DNA of 64,000 bases, taken from Klebsormidium nitens. Taxonomy: Eukaryota; Plantae; Klebsormidiophyceae. Location: positions 1 through 64,000 of the forward strand of contig DF237228.1 of NCBI GenBank assembly GCA_000708835.1, given 5' to 3'. The position numbers and the translations under genes are program-made. Positions 10,800 through 22,465 of this stretch are shown in pieces. Each line of letters begins with the position of its first letter. The first letter of the stretch is position 1. The notes beneath the pieces are model-generated. The model worked only from the letters and a program-made list of their open reading frames with translations, was not told the DNA's origin and did not search any database.

Positions 10800-12396
10800 T
10801 TTGTCGCTCCGAACTCATACTAGCCTCCTTGCTTTCCTGCTCAATCCTCCTTTGTATCTCTATGTCGACTTCTTCTACTGTCTATCTCCTCTTACCTACG
10901 ATCTGCTCTGCATGCGCGGTTGTCGCGCTCGTCCCTGTCGTCATAGTAGCGGTCGTCCGCCTTCCTCTTGTTGGCGCCTCCTCCCCCGCGGCTTGGGCCG
11001 CCGAAGTTGTTCCTGAGCAAGCGATTGCGTTAGGCTTACGCATGTCGCTGCTTTTGCGGCCACTTTGGGGCGTGCGCAGGCTTTGGCCGTGCGCTTACTC
11101 TCAACCTTTTGCGGTAAAACTTTTGACGGCAGCCATCTTCTATGGCGATTCACCCCAATTCAAAGGGGGAAGACAGCAATTGTGCTTCCGACGTGGCGCC
11201 ACGATTGGGCGTTTCCTTTTTTCCGGCGTCCTGATCAATGCTTGACCGCGCTTGAAGAAGCAATTTTTCTGGGGCCTGTGCCCTTCTCTCCGCTTATACT
11301 TTGAGTCTGCGGTTCGCATCCACCTTCCACTAACTTCCGCCCCTCAGGCATCAATTTATCAACTTTGAACTTACCTCGAGTTGCCACCGTTGCCTCTCTC
11401 GCCGCGCAGGACCAGGGGCTTGCATTCCCTTCGCCAATCTGCCCCTGCGCCTCCTTCCGATATTCTTCGAAGTCCTTCTTGATCTTCTTCTCCAAGAGCC
11501 GCACCGTCTCAGCCGTCCAGCTGCTGCTATCCCCCGCTTCCTCGATGGCCAGTTTCATGTCCGTGACGAACCCGTCAGCCATATACTCCAGGTCAAGAGA
11601 GACAAAGTCAAGCTGCGTGGCGTAGAAGTATACTGCCGCCATTAAGTGCGCAACTTTGGGGTCTAGTTCCTTGTACGATTCAAACAGCTGCTTTGCCTTC
11701 GAGTGCCACGACCTGGCGTCCCGGGGAATTTTTCTCAGCAAAGCCTCCATATGGGGGATGAGTGACCCCTTCTGCACGAACTCCTTAAAGGCCCTTTCGA
11801 GTCGCGCTGTCGATCCCACCATGTCAGATTCCCGCATGAAGCCGGGCGTGAGCGCGTTCACAGCCGCCGTGCCTAGCGTCATAGTTGGCGCCTCTGGAAT
11901 CGCGACTCTTCTCGCGGCCGGCTGAGGCGGGTCCTGAGGCGGCAGCGTTGGCTGCTCTGCTTCCGCCCTCGCTGGCTGAGCCAACGGCACCGTAGGCGGC
12001 GCCCCGGGGATTGCAACCTTAAATCTCATGCTGCAACCCCTTTTCTTTGAGCTTTTGAAGCAAGGAATCGTCGGGGTATCTGGATCCGACCCCAATTCTG
12101 ATCTCGTCTTTGTTCACCGGCCGGTGGAAAAGCACCCCGCTGGCTACATCCTCTAGGAAGAACCTATCCGTATTTGGATCCACCTCCCGCACTCTTGTCC
12201 AGAACTTCCTGCTAGTTCCCGGGACAGGTCCTGGCAGCACATGCCAGACATGCTCTCCCACTAAGGCCTGAGAGCCCATCAGGTCGATCAGACTACCTAG
12301 CTGCGGCTCCATACCGCCCTTTATGCCGTTCCGCCCTCTGGGGCCCGTTAACACCTGATCTCCCCTAGGGGGGCCTTGAGTGTGAATGCCCGCCAA
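10800..12396 (-). pseudogene. ORF1/gag-like region of the YR retrotransposon
   Basis: Overlapping ORFs 12019-12396 and 11235-12095 (Pro-rich linker, then helical region), followed by a broken RG/RD-rich tail (GGPSRGGGANKRKADDRYYDDRDERD). Assigned by position only. Confidence 0.6.
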
Positions 12397-12644
12397 ATAA
12401 ACAAAAGTCTCCTGAAGGAGCCCTGCCAGGCGCCCTTCTTTTCCTTAAACACTGCAACACTGAACGAACTGAAGAACGCCTTCTTGTGAAGGCGTTCGAG
12501 TACTTTCCTTCTGACGCCGGCATTTTTGCGGGGGTTGAGGATTTACGTAGTTACCGCCAGTCGGCTGGCGGCCGGGACTGGCGGCGCGCGCGCTCACTCG
12601 CGCGTGATAACCCTCGGTTACAATGCAGCCGCCGCAATGTGCAA

Positions 12645-12748
12645 ATACACTTCTGGTTAGCATTCCCGAGCCTAAAGTGCACGATTGGCTCGGCTCATCT
12701 CTGCCGTTATATTTTCCATCTGACGACAGGCAAGCATTCCCTTGCCTA
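12645..12748 (-). repeat. Split direct repeat A1 (element 5' terminus)
   Basis: Matches 5992-6094 with about six differences. Confidence 0.9.
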
Positions 12749-14620
12749 GCAGAACTAGTGCAACATACTACCGGGGACAAGTATACCGGGTCAACCCGTA
12801 AATTTCAAGTGCTTCGGTCACGTGCTCCGCGCACTTGGAACACGGAGTGAAGTTGGTCCTTCAAGTTCCGGAATCAGCCGTGTTGCCCGCGGAGTGCCGC
12901 GGCCGAAAATTCGCAAATTTTGAGAATTAAAAGCCTTATATAATCAATTGGTGACTTCGGGTCACGCGGCGAGTTGAGGCTTTCTGCGCCGGCTAGCGAA
13001 GGTTTTCTCCGCAGTCAAGCATACTCGAAGGACCTTTAGCCAAATCCCGACAGCAAATTCTGAAAGGAGGCAGGCCATCATTGACCCTTCCGTCCAGAGA
13101 AACTTGCAAACTACGGGATTTGGCGTGCGGACCTTTGGGCCGACCACAAGTGGAAGGCACGTGGCAGCTGTACAACGAACTGCACGCTAGCCAGCTGAGC
13201 TAGCCAAGAGCAGAAAGTATCACGGGTGGGGTCCCATCCAGAGCCAAGAGACTAAAAAAAATGAAGAGAATAAGAAGCGTAAGGAGAAAAGGAAAATATT
13301 GAGCTCGATTTATTAGCAGATTATGAAACTACTTCAAAATAGGTAGTTAGTAGCTCCAGGCTCCAGCCAGCCGCTCGTTATTCTCATTAGATCACTTTGG
13401 CCGGCCGATTCCAGGAAGTGGCCGTGCCGGTAAATGACGTTGCATCACATTATATTTCAAGCAACTTCGACCCCTCATTCTCTATGCTCCACACCCGGCA
13501 CAATAAAAGCCGTCGATTTTATGTCAAGTCCCTATCTGAGTGGGACCGACTAGAATACCGAACTCTTGTCAAACTAACTTAGCCATGACTGATGATATGT
13601 AAAGTTTTTAGGCGGCATGTATCCTTCATACTCAATTGCGCCAAGACTGTCGCTTTGCCCTTCTATCTGTGCAGATTGCGACGCACCTTGGGTCTCCTCC
13701 ATGGTCCTAGATCAAAGCGCGCGGAAGTACCTTTTTCCTAGGGCCGAAAAAAGGCGGGCCCAACTCAAAGAAGCCAAGGACCCTCGGGGGGTTTTTCATG
13801 GCTTCCGCGTTTAGTCTACAATTTAGCCTTATGAATGATTAGCTTTGATGTAGGATCGTGGGTAGAAGGGGGGTAGAAGACTGAGAAGACTATAGCCCAG
13901 ATGAGAACTTGGAAACTTGTTATGCGGAACATAGCAGGTCTATCTCATAAGCTTAGGCTGTGTTGTCGTTTACGCTCTGAATCCTTCATTGGGCTGCTTT
14001 GCGGCACTCGAAACCCTAATCACCGAGAAGTTAGAACTTGTTTTTATGTTTACCCCCCCTTTTACCTGCACCGATAAAACGGTCGGTTGTGACATGAAAC
14101 CATACCGTACCGTGGATCATCGCGAAAGTTATAAAACCAGTGCCGCAACCAATGCCCGGCGAAGAAGCTAATGATCCCGGACCTCCGAAAAAGTTTCTAA
14201 AGTGGGTTTGCACAATCTACCGCCGCGTCGTGCGGCCGCGACTTGAGATCGCACAAAGCGGAAAGTTCTAGCCCTGTCCTAGCCGTCCAGTCGAGTGGCC
14301 TTAAATGCAAATATGACACCGAAGTGGGATTCTAGGGTCTGCGGACCCTTAGGGTCGGTGCGCCAGCTTTCCAAGGATACAAATGTGACCACCCTATGAC
14401 TCACTGGTGCAAATTAAACGGACTCACTGTTAAAGTATGGTAGCCAAACTTTCCTTGGATCAATGTCACAGACGCTGATTTGTCGAATATCGGACCTGGA
14501 ACCCCCAACAGCAACCGGGCACTTCATCTGACGTAATAAAGTAATATATTGCAAGCCTGTAGGCTGTTACGGTTTATTTCAAGTAATACCTAGGGTCGCT
14601 CCGACTCGCAGCCCCTTACT

Positions 14621-15068
14621 GGGCATGGTCTCAAAACATATATGCAGCCACAGACCGAACTCCGCAATTTCGCCAGCCGCCAGGCTGGTCCCCAACGGAA
14701 TTCGGTCATCTTTTTCAAGCCAGGGGCCCCCCATCCATTCCAAGCGAAATTTTTTGAAAGTTGGGCGTATATGGCTGATTTGAGCGCATTTCGTAACATA
14801 TGCGGGAACAAATTGCTTGATCCTTTGTATAAGGCTGAAATATGATGTAGAACCCAGCAGAATATGCAGAAATTTACGATTCATGGTTTAAAATTCAATA
14901 CTACTACGGCCGGTAGGTTTTCCGCCGGGCCGGCCGCCGGCCGCCAACACCCCGACCCACCACTTCCCCGGGCTCTTCCGCCGGCCGCCGGGGCCACCCT
15001 CCCAGGTTCTAGATTTTGCGGAGTTCGGTCTATAATTGCATACCCGGATATGTTTTGAGACCACGCCC
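14621..15068. mobile_element. MITE-like element with about 50-bp imperfect TIRs
   Basis: GGGCATGGTCTCAAAACATAT..ATGCA...AGACCGAACTCCGCAA at 14621 is inverted at 15012-15068 (TTGCGGAGTTCGGTCT...ATATGTTTTGAGACCACGCCC). No matching TSD seen. Confidence 0.7.
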
Positions 15069-15947
15069 TGTGACTGCACTACCTACGACTTGAACACCAA
15101 CGGCTCAGGCTTATATTCTTAGGTTTCCAGTGTTGGTAACCTGCTCCCGGTGATGTTCAACAGTGTCCGGTCTATCACCAGTCTACCAGTTGGACGTGAC
15201 GGTGTCCGCATGGCCGTTTTTGGCATGCCGCCCATTTTTTGGCTAGTATTGCGCGCTATAAGTGTGCGCGAGCACAGGCGTATTATTGAAAATGGCGCAG
15301 CCCGGTAGAGATGGGATCAAAAGTGTCGCCGTATGACGTCGCAAACGAGGAAGCGACCAGAAAGACTGAGGCTAATAACATACGGTCGCTGTATCACCTT
15401 TAGAGATTCCTCGTTTCTACCACGCCGCCGAACTTTAATACAATCCGGATATATTGGCCGGTGTTGCGAAACTGCTGTACAGCGTGCGGTTTGAAGTCCG
15501 TCGGATGCCTGGCCACAACCATTCATTGATATTCAGGGCGTAGTAGTAACGCTATTTTTCGTACAACAAAATTACAAAATTTGTCGTCTTGCATCCACGG
15601 GTACCTGGTCGGACCTCCGGTCGCAGGCCGTCCGATTGACATTCACGCGTGTGAGCGTAGGTAGAAGCCGAGGGTTGGGGTGGTTCGGCCAATCACAGTC
15701 GAGACAGTCGTTGACTGTCTGAACCGTGAATGGTTCGGACTTTTTCGGACGGCCAAGTGTCTCGACTGTGATTGCTTGTTGAGTGCCACGTCTTGCAACT
15801 GACTGGACCGTGAGTGGTTTCACCAGATCAACTTCAGAATTCAAATGTGCACCATCAGATGGACGCAACTCCTGAATGGACGTCATGAGATTGACTGAAG
15901 GCTCGACCCTGGCGCGCAAAAAACTTCACTGTGCTTTGATCGAACAG

Positions 15948-18900
15948 CTCAGGAGACTGCTCAGGCACTCCATGTCAGGACTGATCTTGACATCATTCAT
16001 GCAGCAGGGTTAAATTGCCAAGGAGAGGAAGAGGAGGTGATGGCCTTAGGCTTTGGAGGGGAGAGCTTCCTGAGCAATTACAGCCAGCTGTTGGGGGGGC
16101 TTTGCAGTCTTTCTGAGCTACGTGGAGCATCGCAAGCAGCTCAGGACCTGGCCATTATGCAGGCTGATCATGGATGCTTCCCCTGGTATGCAGGAAGTGT
16201 CATATGCTTAATTGTATGAATATTGCAAAAGATTATCGCAGACGCTTCCAAAGTTTGACCAAAAAGGCTATCTGTACGAAGAAGTCCATCAGATTGTGGT
16301 CAATTCTAGCAACAAAACCGAAGAGCTCAGAACAGTGCGCAAGCCCGTTGACGGAGTAAACCCCCTCCAGTGGCCTGATTGGATTGTCCCTGGCCCAAAC
16401 CCTAGCATTCTCCTCTCGAGCAAGAGAGAGGACTGGTGGATTTGAAAGATTAAATTGGCTATCTGGCATCCCCGTCTGTTCTGGTTTAGGTATTTCAAGC
16501 GGTTCAATAAGGTCAAATGCCCCGACTGCAGGCAAGACTGCAATGTTATTGGAGACGGGTTTGCCACCAAGCTCAGAGCCGTTTGTTCTCATGATAGAAC
16601 CATCTACATTCTGGACTACCGCTACAAGTGTGTGGGCTGCCCAAGTAAGTTGCGAACACCTCCGCATAGTCGGTATAGCATAACATATGAAGTGCACTCT
16701 GATGTTAGTTTGCTGAGGCAATGGCAAGGTACTTGCATTGTTCCTTCTGTTTTGGCGACGTGCTTGCATTCTTTCTGGTGGTTGAGGCAAGCGTTTGTAT
16801 GCAAGTCAGGCTCCTCTAGCACTGGTTCGTTTGGTTGCTGTTTGGTTGCTGTGGTTGGTCAGGACCAATTCCATGCGATGTCTGCAAATATTTCTGAAGT
16901 TCTGCCCACGGATATAAAGAGTGCCTGCAAACACAGGAGTGCATTCCCCTTTGCAGAAGCCCAAGGGTCCAAGAACCGCTGCTTTTCAAGCGCCCACCCG
17001 AAGGTCCTTGCCGATCTACCTCCTTTCATACAGCGCCAGTACGTGGAGCAATTCCTCGTCACGCATAGAGGAGCCTTGGACCGGGTGCTCTACAACCTGG
17101 TGCGGGGGCTCACTATTGCTGGGGTTGCTTTTGCTCTATGCGCACGACTCATCAAGGAGTCGCACGCGCTGCAGTTCTACGCTTGCAAGGAGACATATCT
17201 TCTTTACCACGAAGCTCTCCAGAAGAGCGAGAGGTCGTCCATTAGGAACTTCTTTAAGCCTTCCAATCCCGCAAGCGTAGGTCCCTCTTCCACTCAAGGG
17301 GCTGACCCCTCCCCCCCCCAGCCTGCACAAATAACGCCCATTCCTGACTTCGGCGAGTTTGAGTCCGGCACCGGATACCGCAGCTACGTTCCAAGCACTG
17401 GTTACCTGACCAGTGTCTACCTCGCAGAGTTTGAGAGCCGCAAGCAGTGGATTCACCAGCAGCTGGTGCATGTTGACGGGCGATATGTGAAGCTGGACCA
17501 TACGTTCAAGGTGAGAAACATGGTACAATCTTCCGGGGCGTATACATGATTTGGTCGTGATCGTCATGTTTGTTTCATTTGGCCCACAATTCAGTCTGAG
17601 CACTTTTCACGCACCTTCAGAGCTGAGTAATCGATGCTGTCACAACAAGTGGAAGGAGTCAGAGGGTGGCAGTCTTCTGTTGAGAATCATGAGTAAAGTT
17701 ACTGATCTGGGGAGTAGTATGATCCACATTCCCAAGCATACTGTGCCTGTTCTGTGCATTGTCACTGAGCCTGGTCTTGATTTGGCTACTCCAGGTATGC
17801 AAAATGATCAGGACCGCGGATGGGAAGAGGGCCTTTCTTGGGGTGATGACCGTGATGAACGAGTACGGTCAGATTGTGTTCCAAAAGATGACGCAGACGA
17901 CATCTCTCGACGAGGTTTCCGGCGACTTCCAGAAGATCCGGGCTAGATATGCGGCCCATGGCTTCCAGGTATAGTCACTGCCAATGCATTCATTATTAGG
18001 CTAAGATGCCAGACTCGGTAAGTTCTGTTGGAATTGGCTGCTGCCCAATCTGAACAGAGCTAAACAAGACTGGACAACCAGGAAGTCTAGGGACCGCGCT
18101 CATATTGTTGTTGGGGTACTGCCCTGGTCTTGCTTCCACCTTTCTCCATTTGCACAGGCCTGTGTTTCACAGACAGCAAATGGGACCAGGAGAGATCAAG
18201 TTTCACAGCACTGCTTGTGTCTTTGTGTACAGCCCATGGAGATCGCCTGGGTGGATAATCCCAGGACGACGTCTGCAAAAGTCAAGGCCTCTCTTGGGGT
18301 AGACTTGGTGCTGAACGACCCCTTGCACGCCCTGATGCTTGTGTCGCGCACAATTCCAGATGACCATAGTCTGAAAGGTAAGGTGATCTTCACAATCGAA
18401 TCTACCACAGTCCATTGTCAACGTGCGAGAGTGCCCTCATCTTGCAATACTCATGTCCCAACGCTGACAGGCTTGTTGGTTCCTGGTTCAGGAGGACTCT
18501 CTTGGCAAACTTATAAGGTGCAGCTCAAGAAGGGTGCATTTCCAGAGGGGATGCTGCAAGGATGCTGCCTTATGTCCTGAATTCGAGCATGCTAGGGTGT
18601 ATTCTTTTCAAAAAGTTTGCAAGCTGCATCTATTGGTGGATTTGTCGTGCTTGCAATCTCAATCCGGATCCTGACCTTTGAGTTTCTTCATGCAGGTTTG
18701 CTCATGACCCGCATGAGCCAGGCAATGTTCAAGACAGTGGAAGGCGACAAGGCCCTACTGGTGGACTACCTTCGGAGGAGCGGGCTGTCAGAGGGGGATA
18801 TTGTCAGGAAGCCGGCTGCATATTTCAAGCGGCACTGCCGGCGTGTCATTCCGACCGCCACGGAGTTGGTAACTAGACTGGACCAGGTCTTCCAAGGCCT

Positions 18901-21900
18901 CCAGTACGCGTACGACACAGCCACGGGCGTCACCCTGTTCAACAAGGCCACCACTCAAGCCTTCATTAACGTCCTCAAACTGGCCGAAGATGGCCTACTG
19001 AGCGGTGAGTGGATAATCGGAAGGAAGAGGCTTTATGACGCATGTGGCTCTTTCTCGTTGTGCCGGTATTCTGCATTGGCAAGTATCCTGAATTGTGTTT
19101 TGAGGAACGGGTTGTGATGCATGATGTTACAGCTGTCGTTTCGGTTGCCTCAACTCTTTGCAGTCAGACAAGTGGGCGTGGTTCAGTCTTTCAATTTGTG
19201 CTAGTGCTCAGGGTTTCGACTTCTTCTGACTTGGGCAACACAGCTGTCACACGTCTGGACAATGCATTCCTTTGAAGTGTAGCAGGCCCCTGTAGATCGG
19301 AATTTGAATGCAGTTCTGATTGGCTCTTTCGATGCCTGTCTGTTCAAAATGGCACCAAAATGGCACCAGAGCTTTTTCAAGGGAAACTTTCTAAACACGC
19401 TTTGCCTCTTCCTTGCAGATCCTCTTCCTGTACAGGAGATGTTCATCCAAACCGGCACCTGGGGGGGGGGCATTCCTCGCTACACAGCCATCCGGGGCTC
19501 CAGCCAGCTCGAAGGCTATCACCGCCACTTGGCACTTGTGCTATCTGGCGCCAACAACTCCCCGCAGCTTGCCCACGCTCAGCTCTCCGACCACAAGGTC
19601 GACTGGAACCGAAGAGCGGCAATCGCAAAGCGTGGGCAGCGCGATTATCTCATCTCAGATCTGCGCCGCATCGAGCGTATCAAAGCTGCGAGCGCAAGGC
19701 TGAACATGTCGGACCCGTACCCTGAGTACGTGGTGCTCTCCTTCGAGTCAAACGAGCTGTTTGGCTGCGATGGTGTTCTTGCGGGGCTAGATGGTGACGC
19801 AGTGAGCAGCTTCGAGGCTTTAAGGGAGGCGGAGCTGCCGGAGGTGGTGGATGATGGGGGTGCATCACTGCTTGAGGTTGACTTTGACGGTAAGCCACTT
19901 TCCCAAATCGTTCCCCTTGCCGCACCTTGGAATTTCGCATTTAATTTCTCCAACTGCTTTCGTTGATCCTACTACAAGCCTGCCGTCCTTCCTAATCAAT
20001 AAAGTTGCATCAAACCGTTGCTTTCATCTTCTTGGTGTTCCATGATTTAGATTCTGATTAGAAAGACTGTCTGCTGAAGTTGTGTTCTTTTGACTCCCTG
20101 TGCAGAGACCAAAGAGCCCGTGGTCGCCCGATTCAATCCACATGCGCCCCCGATCGAGGTGCCAGTGGCTACCCCGACCCCGACTCCCAGCGGAGCAACA
20201 TGGCCAGCAGAGTTGGTCCCCCCCCGCGCTGCTGTCACGCCCTCCGCCGTCCCGAGTGCGCCCCCAGCTGCGGTAGGGGGCGCTGGTCCGGTCCCCCTCG
20301 GCGCTGCCTCGACGCCCCGCGCCGTCTCGAGCGCGCGCCCCGCTGTGGNNNNNNNNNNNNNNNNNNNNNNNNNNNNNNNNNNNNNNNNNNNNNNNNNNNN
20401 NNNNNNNNNNNNNNNNNNNNNNNNNNNNNNNNNNNNNNNNNNNNNNNNNNNNNNNNNNNNNNNNNNNNNNNNNNNNNNNNNNNNNNNNNNNNNNNNNNNN
20501 NNNNNNNNNNNNNNNNNNNNNNNNNNNNNNNNNNNNNNNNNNNNNNNNNNNNNNNNNNNNNNNNNNNNNNNNNNNNNNNNNNNNNNNNNNNNNNNNNNNN
20601 NNNNNNNNNNNNNNNNNNNNNNNNNNNNNNNNNNNNNNNNNNNNNNNNNNNNNNNNNNNNNNNNNNNNNNNNNNNNNNNNNNNNNNNNNNNNNNNNNNNN
20701 NNNNNNNNNNNNNNNNNNNNNNNNNNNNNNNNNNNNNNNNNNNNNNNNNNNNNNNNNNNNNNNNNNNNNNNNNNNNNNNNNNNNNNNNNNNNNNNNNNNN
20801 NNNNNNNNNNNNNNNNNNNNNNNNNNNNNNNNNNNNNNNNNNNNNNNNNNNNNNNNNNNNNNNNNNNNNNNNNNNNNNNNNNNNNNNNNNNNNNNNNNNN
20901 NNNNNNNNNNNNNNNNGGGGGAGCTAGCTCTGTTCTCCCCGGGCGCTAGTCGGGGCCCTCCCGCGGAACGTTGGGCCAATTTCCCAAGGGGGGGGTGGTC
21001 CTGCGCCCCCTTGCTCTGCTGTAACTGCGCAGTCACGCGCTGTCCTTCGCGCGCGATCGGTCGCGTTTGGGAGGGCTGGTCTGGCCTCTCCTTGCGCTGC
21101 TTGGGCGCACCCTGTACTCCCCGGCGCACCTTCTCCTGCATGGGGGGACTCCGGATTGGTCCATCAACGTGTTGCTTTTACAGCACGCCAAGGTGCTGCC
21201 CCGAGCATGCCTCCAGGTACGATGAGCGGTACTGATTCGTTCCCACATGCAGTTTAACGAAAAGTTTCTTGCGGTCTGAACACAGCTTCTGAATTGTCTA
21301 CGATCTGATTGCTGCAAATGTTGTTTCAAAATAGAGAAGCTTTTGTTGAGTCTCGAGCGAGCAAGCTCTGACTTGGTGAACTCTTATGGCTGAGAATGAG
21401 GTTGAAATGTTCCTGTTGGGTTTCTCTGGCAGGGCCAGGCGCACAATTGCGCAACACCTCAGGCAGCCTGGGGGGCGAGAGATTCGAGCGGTTTGGCGTG
21501 TCCGCAGGTAAGTATAAGAATTCACAAATTTGCATGGTGTAAGTAGCTCTTCACTCTCTCATGTATCCGGCAATCGACGTCCACAGTTTCTCTTTTAAAC
21601 TCAGTCCGCTGTGAGTGGCAGCCTAGACTCGTTCACGCCTTAAGAGCCAGTCAATTGAACTTGCTTCTGCGCCGAAGGGAATCGTAGATTGATCGCAGGT
21701 TCATAATCTCGTGGTGGACTCATTCAAGCCTTCGTCTTTGCAGAGAGTACGAACATCTCTGCGTTTAGGACACGCCAGCTGCTTCGGGAAGGTGAGAAAC
21801 GGAGGCCTAGAGGGCTGCGCACAAAGAAGCTTGCTGATTTGGCCACTCCACTCCTCACGAACACGGAAATTGAGTGGTTCGTTGAGTTGCAAGAGAAGCA

Positions 21901-22465
21901 CAGGCGCGGGGCTTCCACGAACTGGGCAGCCATGTTAAACGAGTGGAATCATAGAGTTCTTCAGCTTCGCCTCGATCCACTCACCGCACACCTTGCAGCT
22001 AACGTGCATCCAAAACGGATGGGACAGCTAGCGGCGTTCGAAAAAGAGGCGTACCAAGTGCTGAATCAACAGAATTCTGAGTTGTCCGGCGTTGCGCAAC
22101 TTTTACAACGGCAAGTAGTCACCCATCCATCACCGCCCCTCACAACCTTTCCATCCCTGATTGGCATTTCAGATCCCGAAGGCAGCCATGCCTTCTCTGG
22201 CCAATTTAAAAGTGTCAATCCGTTTCAGCACGCAGCTGGAGAGCACGATGTAAGCTATTCATCCGGCGGTCATTTTGGATTGGCACCGATGCCGGACATG
22301 ATTTATCAGGTGGGACCTCCTGTCGGATCCAAACGGTCTGCAGAGTTGGGTCCTCCAAACAGAGGTGGTTTAGGCACCGCAAAACGATGTAGGAGGTGTA
22401 CAAATGCAGAAGGTCGAGACGTTTTTATGACCGGACATAAGTGTCCTCTCAAAGGAAAAGCTTGA
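15948..22465 (+). mobile_element. Intron-containing gene for a putative DDE/DxxH transposase (Mutator-related, DUF6729-like); probably inactivated
   Basis: Spliced exons give CPDC..YRYKCVGCP, YVPSTGYL, KLDHTFK (D at 17496), MTVMNEYGQIV, AWVDNP (D at 18254), LNDPLH (DxxH at 18317), HCRRVIP, RGSSQLEGYHRHL (E at 19511) and WNRRAA. Then a Pro-rich region with an N gap and a last exon ending CRRC..GHKC. In-frame TGA at 16443-16445. The 5' start was not identified. Confidence 0.75.
20349..20916. other. Assembly gap (N run)
   Basis: Run of N inside a GC/Pro-rich exon of the transposase gene. Confidence 1.

Larger units (their letters stand above)
5459..12748 (-). mobile_element. Tyrosine-recombinase (DIRS order, PAT/kangaroo-like) retrotransposon with split direct repeats, about 7.3 kb, mutated
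   Basis: On the minus strand the order is A1 (12748-12645), ORF1/gag, RT-RNaseH-MT, antisense YR, B1 (about 6230-6093), A2 (6094-5992), spacer, B2 (about 5570-5459). The internal A|B junction CCTTGCC-TA-AAAACTGAGG reproduces the two element ends, which share TA. Confidence 0.92.

Noticed and set aside
14128-14145. ATAAAACCAGTGCC, near-inverted match to about 25156-25169, considered as a TIR for the transposase element
   Set aside because: Only about 14 bp match and the flanks do not align.
12749-14560. Short ORFs and motifs right of the YR element, including a telo-box at about 14009 and TTTATTAGCAGA at about 13309 resembling the predicted empty site
   Set aside because: No recognisable domains or repeat boundaries. 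The short matches can arise by chance.
16455-17549. 364-aa single ORF as the true protein
   Set aside because: It reads through an intron (GT at about 16645 to AG at about 16957), and the middle part is non-coding-like.
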